Below, piece after piece: positions 51,301 to 64,000 of a stretch of DNA of 64,000 nucleotides. A program made the position numbers and the translations under genes. Position 1 is the stretch's first letter. Each line of letters opens with the position of its first letter. Source of the DNA: Antedon mediterranea (taxonomy: Eukaryota; Animalia; Echinodermata); NCBI RefSeq assembly GCF_964355755.1, contig NC_092678.1:21717365-21781364 (forward strand), given 5' to 3'. The notes under the pieces were generated by a model. That model ran no database searches and was not told the DNA's origin. It saw only the letters and a list, made by a program, of their open reading frames with translations.

Positions 51301-54300
51301 AGACTTTCCGAAAAAACCAAGCCCAAAGGTGTTTGGTATTGGTAGAGTTGTATATATTGATTTATATAGGAAATTTAAGTTACTGTATAATGTACAGTTG
51401 TTATTAAATAGCCTTGTTTCTGATAATGTATTTTGGTTTATTGATTATGCTTGTTCAAGATCGACGATTTCATCTCATAATTGTACATTGACGTGTTGAC
51501 ATAAAGCCCCTTAGGATCAAGGACAAACGCTAAATGAAAATATTACAGTTATATGAAGCGTGATGATACAATTAATATAATAACCTGCAGTTATTAATAT
51601 GTGAACCACTGCAGTTAGTATACTAAACCTGCAGTTATTAATATGTGAACCACTGCAGTTAGTATACTAACCTGCAGTTATTAATATGTGAACCACTGCA
51701 GTTAGTATACTAACCTACAGTTATTAATATGTGAACCACTGCAGTTAATATACTAAACCTGCAGTTATTAATATGTGAACCACTGCAGTTAATATACTAA
51801 CCTACAGTTATTAATATTATTATATTATTATTATATATTTGAACCACTGCAGTTAGTCAGTCCAACACAGTGGGCCTACAGTACAATTTAGTACAAAAAA
51901 CTAGTAGAATTTAATATTAAATCATTTAATGTTTGTCTAAAACGACAAAGATAACACTAAAACTAGTTTTACAAAACCAGTGTGATGTGCCCAAATATGG
52001 TTAGTAATTACCCAAATATGGTAGTGATATGACATCATCATGTCCATTGTCCATATATGGGCACATCACATATTTTTGTTGCATAAAGTGCAGGCAGAGG
52101 TTTATTCAATATAATAATTCTAGTTATGTTTATTCTATGTTGCCATTAGTACCAGCATAAGCAAATGTGGCTCTGTTAATTAACCACTTTTAATTGAATG
52201 AAATGTGTGTATTGACACAATTCGGGCAAGCAAATAGTGTCAGTCATTATGTTGGCTTTTACCCATACCAGCTAATAGGCTAGCAAATATTTGCTGACAT
52301 TGACAAATTGTAAAGAGGTACGGTACAGTATTAATGATATGACATTGGGTGTCTGAATGCACAGCCTATACATATTACAATCTTAGCTTAAGCGGTACCG
52401 CTCTTTAATTCCTCATGTGCACTTAATATAACCTAGTACATCTTTCGAGAAGAGTAGGGGGTTACGCCGGTGTATTAGTACATCACAGCCATAACTGGGC
52501 CCTCTGGAAGACCAGTCGATTGAAGAGGTCGCCCAGTATAAATATAATATTTCAATTCAATTAAGATATCCACATCTCCACCAAGGTGTAAAGTACATGA
52601 TAAGGTCCAACACACAGTGATGTAGTCACAAGAAATAAAGAGTTGCAGTTCTCGCAAGAAAGGGGAAAATTCCCCTGTGCAACCCATAGGGTTGTCAAAG
52701 ACCTGTAAGAAAAAACCTATACAGTAGGGCCACAATGGAAATACTGTAAGTTTGACCATTGGTTACTTTTTTTGTGCTACCATGAATTCATTCCTGTACT
52801 GTTTTAATGTTATATTGTTTTTGAATTCGAATAAAGATAAAAAAAATATTAGTAGTAGTACCAACCATACTGGTGACTACAGTGCTGACACAACTAAACT
52901 GATTACTAGCTGCAACATTATGGGAGCAGTCCATGTTTTATCCAATTAACCGGATAGTATAGCACTTATGTAATTAATATCAACACACAGTAACCTCTAT
53001 TTAATTCATCAAAACCCATCAGTAATGTAATGTCAATATGAAGAAATTTATAATAACACTATCAAACTGTATGTTAATAATAAGTAAATAGAGAAGAATA
53101 ATTAATTTAAAAGTACTGGTATGTATAATGTGTTAGATGAAAATGAACGTACAGTATTATGTATTTTTGAGAGCTTTATTTAATTATAAAGCCTAAAATA
53201 TATGATTATTATTTCCACTAGCCCATTAGTCGTTGTTACCAGTGCTAGTATTCCAACTTGATGTACAAATGATTATCCAATAAATATCAAAATACAGATT
53301 ATTACTGTGTGTATATATAGTACAATACATTTAATTTGCAACATGGACAACAGCACAGTGTAGTTTATTTTAATATTATAATAGGGTTGCAATCTATCGT
53401 TTTCATCTAGCCAATACTGTATATCACAATTTCCTTTTATTGTGTGTGCAATATGCACAGCACGCATAATAGATTACCATTTTTGCATTAAAATTAAATT
53501 TAAAATGCTTGCAATGATTTTCTGCTGCTACTGTATAATATTTCCGTAGGATATCTACAGAATTTTCAATAGTTACAAACATTTGATATCCATACAAGTT
53601 ATTAAAGACAAACATATTGTACAGGTAGTTACTGCAGTAAAATAATTTGGGCAGGGTTCATATCTTTATGTGTATTTCGTGCCTAGCTTACCCCTCTCCA
53701 TAAATGGTACTACCAACACCATTTCTGGTTTGTGTAATTTCTTTATGTCTATTCGTGCCTAGCTTACCTGGATAAAACCGACAAATGCCCTATTCTCCTC
53801 AAAGAGCGAGATGTACTCGAAAAGTAGAAAATTCATTGAACACCCCTCTCCATAATGGTACTACTAATTCCATTTCTGGTTTGTGTAATTTTCTTTATGT
53901 TAATTTCGTGCCTACTGTAGCTTACCTTGATACAGTAAAAAACGGACAAATGCCCTATTCTCCTCAAAGAGCGGGATATACCAACACCATTTCTGGTTTG
54001 TATTAAATTTCCTATTAAGATTGTCTCCAAGGGTCTTTAAGATAATTCATCAAAATCATTTTTGGGTCGAATAGCAATTAGTTGATCGGCTGCGAGCAAC
54101 CTCCTGTGGGCTGCAATTTTATAGCCATTGCCGCCGACACTGTGGCACAATTTCAGTAATTATTTTCAGGAGATTAACAACATGAGAGAAAATTCTTGTC
54201 GGGATTGATTTAGTCTACTGTAATTATGCTGTAATTATGGTTGAGGTGTACTTTGATAGATTAAAGGGTGAAGTTACTGTATAGTACAGTATGCCATGCA

Positions 54301-57300
54301 AGAACACCTTCGCTAAAAATTAACGGAAAGTTAAAATCAAAATGATGATATTAAACTGTAAATTGTTGATTACATTTTAAAATAACATGTTAATTATATT
54401 AGTTTTGCCTACTGCAGTGCACCACACTCTGAGTTCTGTGATAAAATCCACTGAAGGATCATGTAAAAATGATGCTGCAGTCTACTGCAGTACAGTAACT
54501 AAATTTTGTTTCCATTTAAAGTTGTACGATATTTATTTAGTTCCTGCACATTGTTTATTACTGCCTACAGAGTGAGTGTTACTTCAATTCGCATTTTCCG
54601 ACCCGCAACTCGCATTTTCTGACTCGCAACTCGCATTTTCCGACTCGCAAGTCGCACTTTCCGAATCGCAACTCACACTTTCCAACTCGCAACTCGCATT
54701 TTCCGACTTGCAACTCGCTTTTTCCGACTCGCAACTCGCAGAAAAGAAACCCTCCTACAGAGTATGCCTGTTTAATTCTACAATTGCTTGGTGTATTCGA
54801 TTGGAACTTCCCATTGAGTATAGTTTTCCCGTTGAGTACCTACAGAATTTAACGGAGTATTTTGAGCGTTATTGTCAACGAAAAAGCCTGCGTTGTTAAT
54901 GTTTTCTATTCGAATGATTTTCTGTTGAGCACAATCCGTTAATAACAATTTACCATTCGAATACAAAAATCACTCAACGAATCTTTATGTTGACTACGAA
55001 AGTTCCCAATCGAATACGAATTGAAGACATTATTGCAGTTTAAAAAAAAAGTACTTTGCTGGCACATTAACTTATAATCTTGCTTTTTTAAAAATAAATG
55101 TTCCAAGAAGTACACTATACCCTTTTTCCAAGTATCCCCTCTTTCATTATTTATTTGTCCATTTAACAATGTCAGAAAATGAACAAGGATATACAACAGT
55201 ATTTAGCATAATATATCCTTTCAACAGTATACATTGTATTTATCAACCTTTTTTAAATTAGCAAACTATATTTAGGTAATTAATAACAATCATCAATCAA
55301 TCCAGACAATATGCTCTTCTGTCAAATTGCCATTTCTCGTTAATCAATTTTTACTGAAACCTTTTTATTATAATTGATGATAGCATAATGTTTTTTCTGT
55401 GACAAATATTTGTAGTAAACTTGTATAATTACTGTTCAACCAGGATGTAGCTAAAAATAGTGTATACAAAGGATGGGAAGAAACGTATGGCACTAGACTA
55501 TGTAGAGACTCATATAACATTGGGTGGCTGCTAATTATTACAGAGTAGCTAAAAATTGAGTGAATTATTAAGACTAAAATAGAATGCACACTGCACACCC
55601 ACTTTGACATCAGCTCAAATGTTATGTCCATTTGTTGGACATTGCAAAGTGTAGGGGTGGATCCAGGAAATTTTAAAAATGGGGGAGCACTAAAAATATA
55701 AATACTGCACAGTCTAACTCTCAAATAAGGGGAGAGTGCACCACAAGAGCAACTCCCTGTGGCCTTATTCAACAATCAAACTTTAAGTGAGATATTTCTC
55801 TTAAATATTAAGTGCTTCCCTTTTATTGTATTCACTTTTTGATAGGAAATTTGTTAAATTTTAAAGGGTAATTGTTTCTCTTCTCTTAGCCTAAGTGTGA
55901 ATGGTGAATACGGCCACTGGATCTCCCTATCCTAAAGGCCAATTTACACATACAAGCGGTAACGGTAATAAAAATATAGAGTCTATTTATCGTGCCTACC
56001 TTACCTGTATAAACCGACAATAGCCCGTGCTCTCCAGAGGGAGGGCTTTAGATACGAAAGTGAAATATAGAATCTACAGCATGTTAGTCATTATGACCAT
56101 TTACACACAACGGAGCAGACGGACAGATAGATATAGATTCTATGGGGAACAAGCTACGCTTAGTTTTTTACCATTACCGCTCGTCTGTGTAAATTGGGCT
56201 TAAGTTTGGTAAATTGAGACCAATTTTAGTCTTAACCCATAACAACACCTATGATGCATTTGTTGTAAACATTAGCTTACAATATAAAACTACTAGGCAC
56301 TTTGGAACATCAAGATTTTTTGCTGTCATTTTTTTTAATATATAAAATAAAAGTATACATTTTATACTACTTTCTTTTACATTAACTTATAATAGTACCT
56401 TTGTATTTGGTTTTAAACTATCTAGAAATACAATTTATGATGATTTATTATTATATGCCTATTGCTTCAGTATTGTACGCGATTGGCGTACCGTACTTAC
56501 CTGGGGTTTTGGACAGCGTGGTTGGGTTGAAACTTTGTCATGTTATGTTATGTTGAAGTATACTGTTAGTATTGATAGTATTAGAACTGTATGTAAAAAA
56601 CAACATTTTATGAATACTCCTGAGATAGATTCCTGCACCAGGTCACCTAATAAATTAATTACGGTGGTTAATTAGTGTTTACTATGCGCATTTCACAAAT
56701 GCTTGGCGACGTAAATAAGAGAAAATGTGTAGGTCATATGCGGTGTAATTACTGAAGTTACGGTAACTTTAGAATGCAGGCGCAAGGCCAAAGCTATTTA
56801 TAGATTCCCCAGGCAGTATGACACACTGTTTATTAGTATTAGTAAAGTAGCATTATCAGAGGTATGATGATAGTTCATTATTGTTTCATTACAGTGTATT
56901 GATTGATGGGTTACTCAATTATAAAGGCAACTAGGTATTGAACGAAATTCTTTAGCATAGCTAACTATTTGTGTTAGTACAATATTGATGGATTGATAGA
57001 ACATGATTTGTTGATTGATTAATTTAAGATTGATGTAAAGTGAGGCAGGAATCAAATATCAAAATATTGACAAAAATCCATATAACATGAAAATATTTAT
57101 CTTTTTGTTGACCTTTTGGGGATCATATGAAAATTATTCTTTACTGAAGTTTAAAGTCTGCAGTAGCTACATTTGTAGTCTGGGTTCCAGACGGAGTTTT
57201 GTCTTAATATTAGTTAAAAGATAAATATTTTGGCACAGATGGCGTTTCATACGTATACTACTTGATTTTGGATACTCCGTCTGGGGAAACACGCACAAGT

Positions 57301-60300
57301 CACGTGGTTTGACACCAAGAATTCTTGGTGCATACGATTATCCGGTTGACTAGTTTCAGCTGCATGCGATTGGCTACTCACTCGTACAATGTGTAAATAT
57401 TCATATTTCAGAATTTCAAAGACTCAACAACTAAGATGATGCGCATGCGCTATGTTACGTTTAGACAATGTGTACTTGGGTACATTATGAAAGTTCTGAA
57501 GGCTAGAAATTATTTTATATGCCTAGTAGTCGGGTAAACATTTGATGGGATCTTTGAAACATGAAAACTCGTCTTGATATATGATAGGCTATAGCTTCTC
57601 CGCAAATCAAACATTGAATGGATCATTTATTACGCGGATATAATTTTGATTTAATTCCCACCGAGACCCTGTCCTGTTCTGTGTGGTGGTGGTATGGATA
57701 TGTATGTAGGCCTACTTCATTGGCGTTTTATTTGGCAGGTCATACGTGCGAGTTGAGTAGGACCTACGAAAGAGGCCTAGCCAAGGACTAAACAATTAAT
57801 AAACAAAACAACTTGGCATTACTATTTTATATTTCAACAGTCTCGATCGTACATTAAGCACTGGTAGGCCTACGTACTCGATCTCTTTCATTTTGAAACA
57901 AAATGATCATTGGTTGATTCGAAATCCATATTTACATACCGCCCGCCCCATATAGCCAAATACGGTATGATAACCTACGTCATTCTTATCGTATGTTTGC
58001 GGTCTGCAAATCGATTTCTATACGTGTTTCACAAGTCTGTATTTTCAGACAAAAATCGCGGTTGAAATAAAAACAAATAAATAAAAAAAAAAGATAATAC
58101 AGACTTGGGGCAAGTCTACTACATTTGTTATGCTTGGCTCTCACTAGAGTGATTCTACACAAGGGCGTAATGCAACGCAAGTGATTTGACCAATCACAAG
58201 CGATTGATTATTCGTGCTGTCGCTTGTCATTGGCCAATACGCTTGCGTTGTGTTTATGTCGAAGTGGTACTGTATGAAGCTGTCAAAGAACAATAATTAC
58301 CCCAAAAAACTAGTAGAAAATTGCATAAACAGATAAATAGTAAACAAAACACTACTACAGTAGGATAATTTTAACACGGTCCCTTAATGTTACGTCAAAT
58401 GAACCTGTGCTTACATATATTTAACTCATAATTATCGAATCAAATTCAAATTCTAATATCAACATACACTTAAAAGTATGTGTACAATTTGCCTGAATTT
58501 TATATCGCCTTGTATTGTAATGACCACCATCAACTCTTTTGAGTAATAATAACAACGCAATAAAGGACTAGACTACTGTATGCAGTAATTACGGATGATA
58601 ATTACATGTTGAATGTGCATTGACACTTTACTTGATTATGTAGCGATTCTTCAGGATCAATCCGATGACCTTTGACCTTTGAGTATAGTAGCCAACAAAC
58701 ACTTCATGTAATACATGATGAGCGCAGGAATCTGCTGGTCAGCCTAGGGATATGAATTACAGATGATTTCAAGTTGTTTAGTTGATGAAATATGAATGTA
58801 CTGTATGCCTCATTTCTTAAACGGGATTATTATATATCAGAAATAAAAGGTAGTTTTATAATACACAAGCTAGAAATTTGACAGCTATATGACATTTAAA
58901 TGTTTTCTATTAAAAAATTACTGTGAAGCCCCGCCCCTCATAAAAAAATTGTTTAGACGTGTCCCCTGAATATGGGTTGGCATAATATTGCCAGTTGTTC
59001 ATTTCTTGGAATTATACCATTAATAGAGGTGTCTCAAAGGAGGGTTCTACCAGGGAGTTGTTATTAGAACTCCCTGGTTCTACTGTGTATAGTATCAACT
59101 GTAAAGAATAGTAGAGTATGTTACACACTATTGAAGTACAGTACTATAGCTTTAAGGCCCATTTACACTAGGACGATAACGATTGACAATAAATAGATAC
59201 ATATGCATTTTTCATACATAAAAACATAGATAACCATCGACAGTATGCGTCCTTTGATGAAAAGTAATATTTTCACACGTCCAAATGACGTCATAATTGA
59301 TAAGAGCAATAATATTGTGACAATAAACAATTTTATTAGTTTTATTAATGATGACTTCATTTGATTAGGTTGGAAAAAATATTATGGTCATTAAAGACAG
59401 CATAAATGATTATCCTATAATTCTAGAAGGAAAACCTCTCTTTTTTCTCCTGTTTTATGTAAGAAAAATGCATGTTTATCTATTTATTGTTGATTGTTTT
59501 CGTCCTTGTGTAAGTGTGCCTTTACATTATATTTTAAGTGTATTATGGATCTCCAGATGTCCATAGCTGAAATGATTGTAATTGTATCCTGTCACTTTAG
59601 TGTCATCTCACTGGTGCCAGATCAGTGACGTTTATTTTATGCAATAGTAATTTGATAAAGCAAAACAACTTTATATATTATGTCAAAGGTCGTCGATATG
59701 TTATCACAAGAGTGTAGTTGATATTTTTATACCCTATTTAGATGAGTATTATATTATATTGGTTGTTGTAACCATGTTGATATTCCCAAGAACAGAGATT
59801 AGCAAGACATGATCATCTGATAGGTAATCAATACCACATTTATTAAGCATTGAGTTAGGTGGTAGAGTCGTTGATCACGACATATCCTATTAAAACATAT
59901 TCCACATGAATGGAGAAGGAGGATATAACATTAAATGCGTATTTTGATTTCAGAAAGAGTTCCGATTGCTAGCAAGGGTTGCAAATTGCTAGAAAGGGTT
60001 GCGATTGCTAGAAAAGGTGGGGAATTGCTAGAAAGCGTTGAAAATTGCTATAAAGGATTGCGAATTGCTATTAAAAAGGGTTGGGAATTACTAGAAAGGC
60101 TTGTGAATTACTAGAAAGGACTGCGACTTGCTAGAAAGGGTTGCGAATTGCTAGAAAGGGTTGCGAATTGTTAGAAAAAGTTAGGAATTGCTAGAAAGGG
60201 TTGCGAATTACTAAAAAAAAGGGTTGCGAATTACTAAAAAAGGGTTGCAAATTTACTAGAAAGGGTTGTGAAAGGGAGTACTCTATTGTATATATGTTTA

Positions 60301-63300
60301 TTCGACATAATAATTAAACTTACTATTTATTTATTATGGTATATAAACATAAAACAAGCAGCCAGTTTCATACATGTATTAATATTAAAAATGATACAAT
60401 ATTTACATCAGAATTAAAATTTAAAAAAAAAAAGCAGAAATGTTTTATTATTAAACTTATAAATAAATAATATATTTTTAAATAACAAGAGAAAATACAC
60501 TTTGTAACTAAAAATAGAATGGTGATTTAATAAACCTACGTCATTTTTAATATATTATTAATAAAACACCCATTTCATATTTATTTATATATACTGATAT
60601 GATTTAATATGATATTTATAACATTGGCCTTCACCTTCTATAATAATATATAGTATAACAATGCTGTAATCTACTTTACCACTCCAATATGTAATGAGAT
60701 AGTATAGGTATATTAAACTTTGTGTGGATCAAATTTATTAGGCGCTCATCCATTTCTCTTAAAGGTGAACTCCGGGTTTAAATTCTATTTTATTCATTCT
60801 GAAACCATCCTCAGTATGTTGAAGTGCAGCAACTCAAGGGTGTCCACATTCTGCTTGAAAAATATTGTCCCTCTGAATAAAAATTATGTTACATATTTAA
60901 TCTAGAAATAATTATATCTTAAAGGTAAACTCTGGGTTTAAATTCTATCTTATTCATTCTGAAACCATCCTCTGTATGTTGAGGCTACAAGGATATCCAC
61001 ATTCTGCTTGAAAAAAATTTATGTTACACATTTAATCTAGAAATAATTAGATCTTAAAGGTGAACTCTGGATTGAAATTCTTTTCTATTCATTCTGAAAC
61101 CATCCTCAGTATGTTGAAGTAGCAGCTCAGGGTTTCCACATTATGCTTGAAAAATATTGTCCCTCTGAAAAATAAATTATGTTACATATTTAATCTAGAA
61201 ATAATTATATCTTAAAGGTAAACTCTGGGTTAAAATTCTATCTTATTCATTCTGAAACCATCCTCAGTATGTTGAAGCTACAAGGATATCCACATTCTGC
61301 TTGAAAAAAAAATTATGTTACATATTTAATCTAGAAATAATTATATCTTAAAGGTGAACTCTGGATTGAAATTCTTTTCTATTCATTCTGAAACCATCCT
61401 CAGTATGTTGAAGTAGCAGCTCAGGGTTTCCACATTATGCTTAAAAAATATTGTCCCTCTGAAAAATAAATTATGTTACATATTTAATCTAGGAATAATT
61501 TTTTCTTAAAGGTTAACTTTGAGTTTAAATTCTATTCTATTAGTCTGAAACCATCCTCAGAGTAATGAAGCAGAAGCTATTTTTTCCGCTTGAAAAATAT
61601 TATTCCTCTGAAACAAATTCATTAAAAAAAAAACTTTTTGAATACTGTATGTCATTTTACTATTTCACCAAACATTTTATCTAGAAATAATCATTTATCC
61701 AATAACCATAATAATGTGTTTATAGAGATTATACACGTCATCGACCAATTGCTGTACAAACTTATGTTATCTTTACTCTCTTTAAATACTACATGGGCTT
61801 CTTTAAAGATATAACGCCCATTTTCATGGGCTTTCAAATTTTTGTCTAATAATAATAATAAATAAATTTTATTTTTCAGCTAATGTTTGCAGGCATTATT
61901 GGACTTTATTACAGTGCAATTCAAAACCAGGTTTACTTTGGATCTCCTAGAGCATTTTTTGTTAAGGTACGTGTAGTTAAATTATGTTAATTAAAAAAAA
62001 CCAACAAAATTTAATTTATTTAATATTTAAGGATTTGTATAATTCGTTCCTAACTTACCTGAATAAACCTTAGCCTGTGCTCTCCTGAGAAAGAGCTATT
62101 AAAGAAAAAAAAAGGAACCTCTACAATAACAGACTTATCTGCCAACCTCAATGGACCATAATAACTGTGTGAAAAAATTACCTCCAGTTTCTTGGCAGAA
62201 GAAACAGTGTAAATTTCAAATAACCGGACATGGCAATCTTGGCAACCCATTGTTTTGGTATTGTATTAACCGGTCATCGCTGTGCAATTTTTGCAATGAA
62301 TAATAACGGTCATTTGATTGAATTAACTATTATATCATTTTAAGCGTTTGACCGCCCGAACACGTTTTTTCGTCAGCAATTTTGGAGTACCGGGACAAAT
62401 TTAGCATAAATGCCATTGATATAAAAATTATATTTTAAAATCTATTTATAAACTGTTTTGTAGCAGAAACAGACCCTAAATTATATCCATGATTTTTCTC
62501 CTTGTTGTTGTCTATTCAAAACTAATTTGAAGGCTCATACAAACATAACAATGTTATCTGCAAATATCGAAGATCAGTCATGTAAATAATCTGTAGAAAA
62601 AACACTCACTGACAGCCAAGAACCATCTAAAATGTAACTCTAATTGCTAATTCATCATACGGTGTGGCGGGTTGCCATGGAAATATCTTGTTTCCATATC
62701 CCAAAGATGCCTCTGTCCATTCCAAACTAATACATTTGATTGAGTTTTTCATTTTTAAATGCATTAGGAAATAAACTTGATATGCTTGTATTGTGCTACA
62801 TTAAAATTAGCTTAGCTTTCACAATTTTGTATTGCAAAGTTGATTCGAACCACATCTACCAAAAAATGTTTGTTGGTTTCATCTGAACTACCATATCAAA
62901 CTACTTGGTATATGCTTTATAACATATATTTTAAAAATATATTTGTAATATTTGATTAGCTCTGACAAAGGAATAGCGTTTTTGCAACACTCCTTTCTGG
63001 CTGTTTTACTTTTACTGTTTTGATTTTCTTTCCACATATTTTATTTGTATCTCCATATTTCAGTAATTTGCCTTTGGATTTATAATACTTGATTACATAT
63101 AATATTGGAAACAAGTTCAGTATCAGGTTAGATTTGGACCATGGCAGGTCCACACGAATAAAAAGCAATACCCAACTGAAAGTGCCACTGTACAACAACC
63201 AAACAATTTAGGAGCCGCATGTCTTTTAAAACTGTTTTTATACAGTAGTTAAGAAATTGGTCATAATCTTTTTGGAAGAAGTCAAACCATGTTTGGAATA

Positions 63301-63920
63301 ATATTTCATATCTATATATCGTTTTTGTTCAGCATGCTACTAATTTTTAAATACGTTCAACCAAAAACCCCATCCATGAAAATCATAGTAACATTAGTAA
63401 TAATTTTTTTTTTTAGACCGTGTGCTTTGGACTCTCTTTCTGTTGCGTTTTCATTAACACAATTGCCAGTGCGTTCTGTGGAATACAAGCAAATATTATA
63501 GACTCTCTTCATCAAAACTACCAACACGTTTGCGACGGTGACCAAAACACTGTAATTGCGAATCGCGATTGTGTCTGTACGCGGAGAGAGGACAATCTAA
63601 TAAAACATACGTACATATTTGAAGAAATTGCTGATTGTCGGAATTTCCTTCTGAATCTTAAAACATACCTCGTATTTCAGTGTTCGCTTAATGCAATCGG
63701 CGGACTCGCTTGTTTTTTAGTTGTCATTATGATGTGGCGATCACGTTATATGGATTTTCATTCAGGATTACGGTTTTACTCGTACAGCGCCAGCATTCCT
63801 AGTCATCCATGGTCAGACCGATTGTCACCGCCATATGAAATGTTTCTAATGTCCGAATCAAATAATAACAACCCAACAAACAGTAACCCTGCATCGCCGA
63901 GGCCGGGGAACGCGAGATGA
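48384..63920 (+). CDS. SSPN: Sarcospan (CD20/MS4A-like four-TM protein; 3 coding exons, 335 aa)
   Basis: Exons 48384-48800, 61880-61966 and 63417-63920 (GT-AG, phase 0) join in frame. Motifs LQILLG..RDAPYWAG, C..CVC..YIFEEIADC, YLVFQCSLNAIGGLACFL and MWRSRY match the pattern recalled for vertebrate sarcospan (RDTPFWAG, DVTDC, MWKHRY). Confidence 0.88.
49428..50057. mobile_element. Kolobok-type MITE (TTAA TSD)
   Basis: TTAA|agccccattccctacg ... tgcagggaaggggtct|TTAA. An inverted fragment of the same family lies at about 3690-3930. Confidence 0.7.
50456..50815 (+). mobile_element. tRNA-derived SINE with Deu/Nin-like core
   Basis: A box tggccgagcgg, B box ggttcgaggcc, core ggataaggactataaaccgtaggtcc..aagagtagggggttaccccggtg, and an A-rich tail. 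Partial copies at about 44821-45090, 47970-48260 and 52415-52550. Confidence 0.8.
51580..51857. repeat. 39-40-bp minisatellite, about 6 copies
   Basis: Tandem aacctgcagttattaatatgtgaaccactgcagttagtatact. Confidence 0.95.
54585..54740. repeat. 21-bp minisatellite, about 7 copies
   Basis: Tandem cgcaactcgcattttccgact. Confidence 0.95.
54775..55030. repeat. Dispersed repeat, inverted relative to the copy at about 6810-7150
   Basis: Shared blocks such as gtattcgattgg(g)aactt(t)c, ttgtcaacg and tacaaaaa..actcaacgaatcttta. Confidence 0.6.
55936..56200. mobile_element. PIF/Harbinger-type MITE containing a CTTACCTG-family copy
   Basis: TAA|aggccaatttacaca ... tgtgtaaattgggct|TAA. Confidence 0.7.
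57176..58118. mobile_element. 943-bp non-autonomous DNA element, TAG..CTA ends, 9-bp TSD (Academ-like?)
   Basis: ctacatttg|TAGtctgggttccagac ... agacttggggcaagtCTA|ctacatttg. Confidence 0.8.
59155..59521. mobile_element. PIF/Harbinger-type MITE
   Basis: TTA|aggcccatttacactaggacgataacgattgacaataaatagata ... tatctatttattgttgattgttttcgtccttgtgtaagtgtgcct|TTA. Confidence 0.75.
59960..60275. repeat. 20-bp minisatellite, about 15 copies
   Basis: Tandem gcgaattgctagaaagggtt variants. Confidence 0.93.
60758..61690. repeat. Tandem repeat with dimeric higher-order structure (about 159 + 135 bp)
   Basis: Units starting cttaaaggt at about 60758, 60918, 61053, 61211, 61346 and 61505. Confidence 0.9.
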
Positions 63921-64000
63921 CAGAAGAATGTTGATAAGTAACAGACAAGAGTTCATAAAAGTACTAAGAAGATATTGAATTTATTCTATTGTACGCGATT

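Noticed and set aside
54576-54899. 107-aa ORF with SDSQLAF repeats
   Set aside because: It is simply the translation of a 21-bp minisatellite running into a dispersed repeat.
56493-56510. tacttacctgg as the start of a U1 snRNA gene
   Set aside because: No U1 stem-loops or Sm site follow.

Overview
AT-rich, intron-containing animal genomic DNA. It is probably an invertebrate deuterostome such as an echinoderm; this is inferred from the Deu/Nin-type SINEs and gene content, not proven. Three host genes can be spliced together by hand: (1) a 403-aa + strand protein with three RHIM-like repeats and a C-terminal death domain (398-4577); (2) NAPE-PLD on the - strand (13774-10421, 518 aa); (3) sarcospan on the + strand (48384-63920, 335 aa). 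Between them lies a ~1.96-kb-unit tandem array of U6 snRNA genes (about 23.9-38.7 kb) with three full-length U6 copies, a 5' half and a 3' half. Between the two halves is a ~6.9-kb DNA element encoding a fully spliceable 861-aa protein. It resembles a Dada (U6/tRNA-targeting) transposase whose DDE core has been removed by an in-frame deletion. Units 1-3 each carry a second, degenerate U6 copy that stops at U6 nt ~70 (with retained promoter flank in units 2 and 3). Two units carry a minimal Penelope-type hammerhead ribozyme. The rest is MITEs, SINEs, LINE fragments and minisatellites. All calls come from manual reading; no database searches were run.
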